Shown here: one piece after another, positions 63,113-64,000 of the stretch
Position numbering within the stretch: the first letter of the stretch is position 1
Layout of the letters: each line of letters opens with the position of its first letter
Source: a virus
Length of the DNA: 64,000 nucleotides
Virus record (IMG/VR): IMGVR_UViG_3300033233_000009
Span: 1-64,000 of that record
Reading direction: 5' to 3' (one strand)
Program-made: the position numbers and the translations under genes
The notes under the pieces: generated by a model
Seen by the model: the letters and a program-made list of their open reading frames with translations, nothing else
What the model was told of the DNA's origin: nothing
The model's database searches: none

Positions 63113-64000
63113 AACGTCGAACGTCCCAAGCATTGGTCGGTATCTGGACTGGATTCGCACGGCCGCCCGTGGAGGGGGCCGCTCTGGTGCGGCGAGAGCT
63201 GGAGAAGGCGCACGACTACTACAACCAGATCGTGCAGTTGGAGCTGGACAGGCGGACCCTGTACCGCGCTGCGCGCGGGACGGTCGGGGAGACCCTCACC
63301 GCCCTCCAGGCGGAGATGGACGCGCTGAACGAGAAGATCACGGCGGAGGTCGGCGGCCTGCGCGCAGTGCGCCAGGCGGCGCGGACGCGCGTCGAGGATC
63401 CCGCGGCGAGTGCCAGGATCAAGGCGGTGAAGGAGGAGCGGCGGGCGCTCGCCGAGCGGCTCAAGGCGGCGCGCGCGGAGGCCGAGAAGGTCTACGGGCC
63501 GGGCAACGAGGAGCTGAGCCAGCGGAGCGCCCGTCTGGCGGAGGGGAACACGGCGTCGCGCATCCGGGAGAAGACGAACCGCGCGGCGCTGGAGGAAATG
63601 CTCACGGAGCCGGAGTGGGCTGACGAGTGGAAGATGGTCGCGCGGATCAATCACGACGCGAACGAGGTGAAGAAGCAGATCCGGGCCGCCTGTGGCCTCA
63701 CCCCCGGCACGTACCTGCTGGTCGAGAAAGCGGTCGAGGCTGCGTTCGCGCCGCCGCCGAAGGGGCGGCCGCCGCGGCCCGACCCGCGCCCGAAGGAGCG
63801 GTTCATCGGCGAGGGGCGCCTCGGTGTGCAGGTGCACCGGCTGCCGGTGGCAGACCTGCTGGCGGGTCGCAACGGGCAGATCGCCCTGCGCATGAGCGAC
63901 CGGCTCCCGAACGGAGCGAAGGCGGCGCAGCGGTACGGCACGCTGCGCATGCGGGTCACCACCGACGGTCAGTACGCCGAGTTCCCGGTGAAGCTCCACC
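63109..64000 (+). CDS. Partial Cas12m-like / TnpB-derived RNA-guided effector (N-terminal 297 aa)
   Basis: Manual translation, open to the window end: PPVEGAALVRRELEKAHDYYNQIVQLE, a long coiled coil, RAACGLTPGTYLLVE, RFIGEGRLGVQ, GTLRMRVTTDGQYAEFPVKLH; AAGGA RBS and ATGA overlap. Confidence 0.7.
   Translation, partial: MKRRTSQALVGIWTGFARPPVEGAALVRRELEKAHDYYNQIVQLELDRRTLYRAARGTVGETLTALQAEMDALNEKITAEVGGLRAVRQAARTRVEDPAASARIKAVKEERRALAERLKAARAEAEKVYGPGNEELSQRSARLAEGNTASRIREKTNRAALEEMLTEPEWADEWKMVARINHDANEVKKQIRAACGLTPGTYLLVEKAVEAAFAPPPKGRPPRPDPRPKERFIGEGRLGVQVHRLPVADLLAGRNGQIALRMSDRLPNGAKAAQRYGTLRMRVTTDGQYAEFPVKLH

Noticed and set aside
1-64000. tRNA/rRNA genes, integrase, att sites, terminase, portal, tail genes
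   Set aside because: None was recognised by eye; they may lie outside the window or be too divergent to see without searches.

Overview
The window reads as one continuous, very GC-rich virus or provirus region with no host housekeeping operons, rRNA, tRNA or CRISPR array. The DnaB N-terminus resembles myxobacterial DnaB as I recall it, so a Myxococcota host is a guess. Layout: (1) 1-4.3 kb, small leftward early genes. (2) 4.5-13.1 kb, a lambdoid-type recombination/replication module: YqaJ, RecT, HNH plus SF2 helicase, RHH regulator, initiator with internal iterons, DnaC-like loader, and DnaB with an in-frame TAG. (3) 13.3-21.5 kb, membrane and coiled-coil genes and a catalytically degenerate RuvC. 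(4) 22139-26105, an intact IS1595-family element (23-bp TIRs, 8-bp TSD GATCAACT) that splits a viral gene and carries a single-chain RM enzyme with an antitoxin-like tail followed by a RelE/ParE toxin. (5) 28-60 kb, a large virion-like module with no recognisable terminase, portal, HK97 or tail genes. It holds a transglutaminase-like Cys protease, many tail-anchored membrane proteins, peptidoglycan-binding and lytic proteins, an Arg-rich core-like protein and three candidate single-jelly-roll capsid proteins. Two short motifs, [YHMLF]xxN and G[LMF]G, recur across these proteins on opposite sides of their transmembrane helices and punctuate a 1027-aa polyprotein-like ORF. (6) 63109 to the window end, an ORF missing from the supplied track that resembles the N-terminal half of Cas12m/TnpB-derived type V effectors. 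All family calls come from motif recognition by eye; no searches were run.
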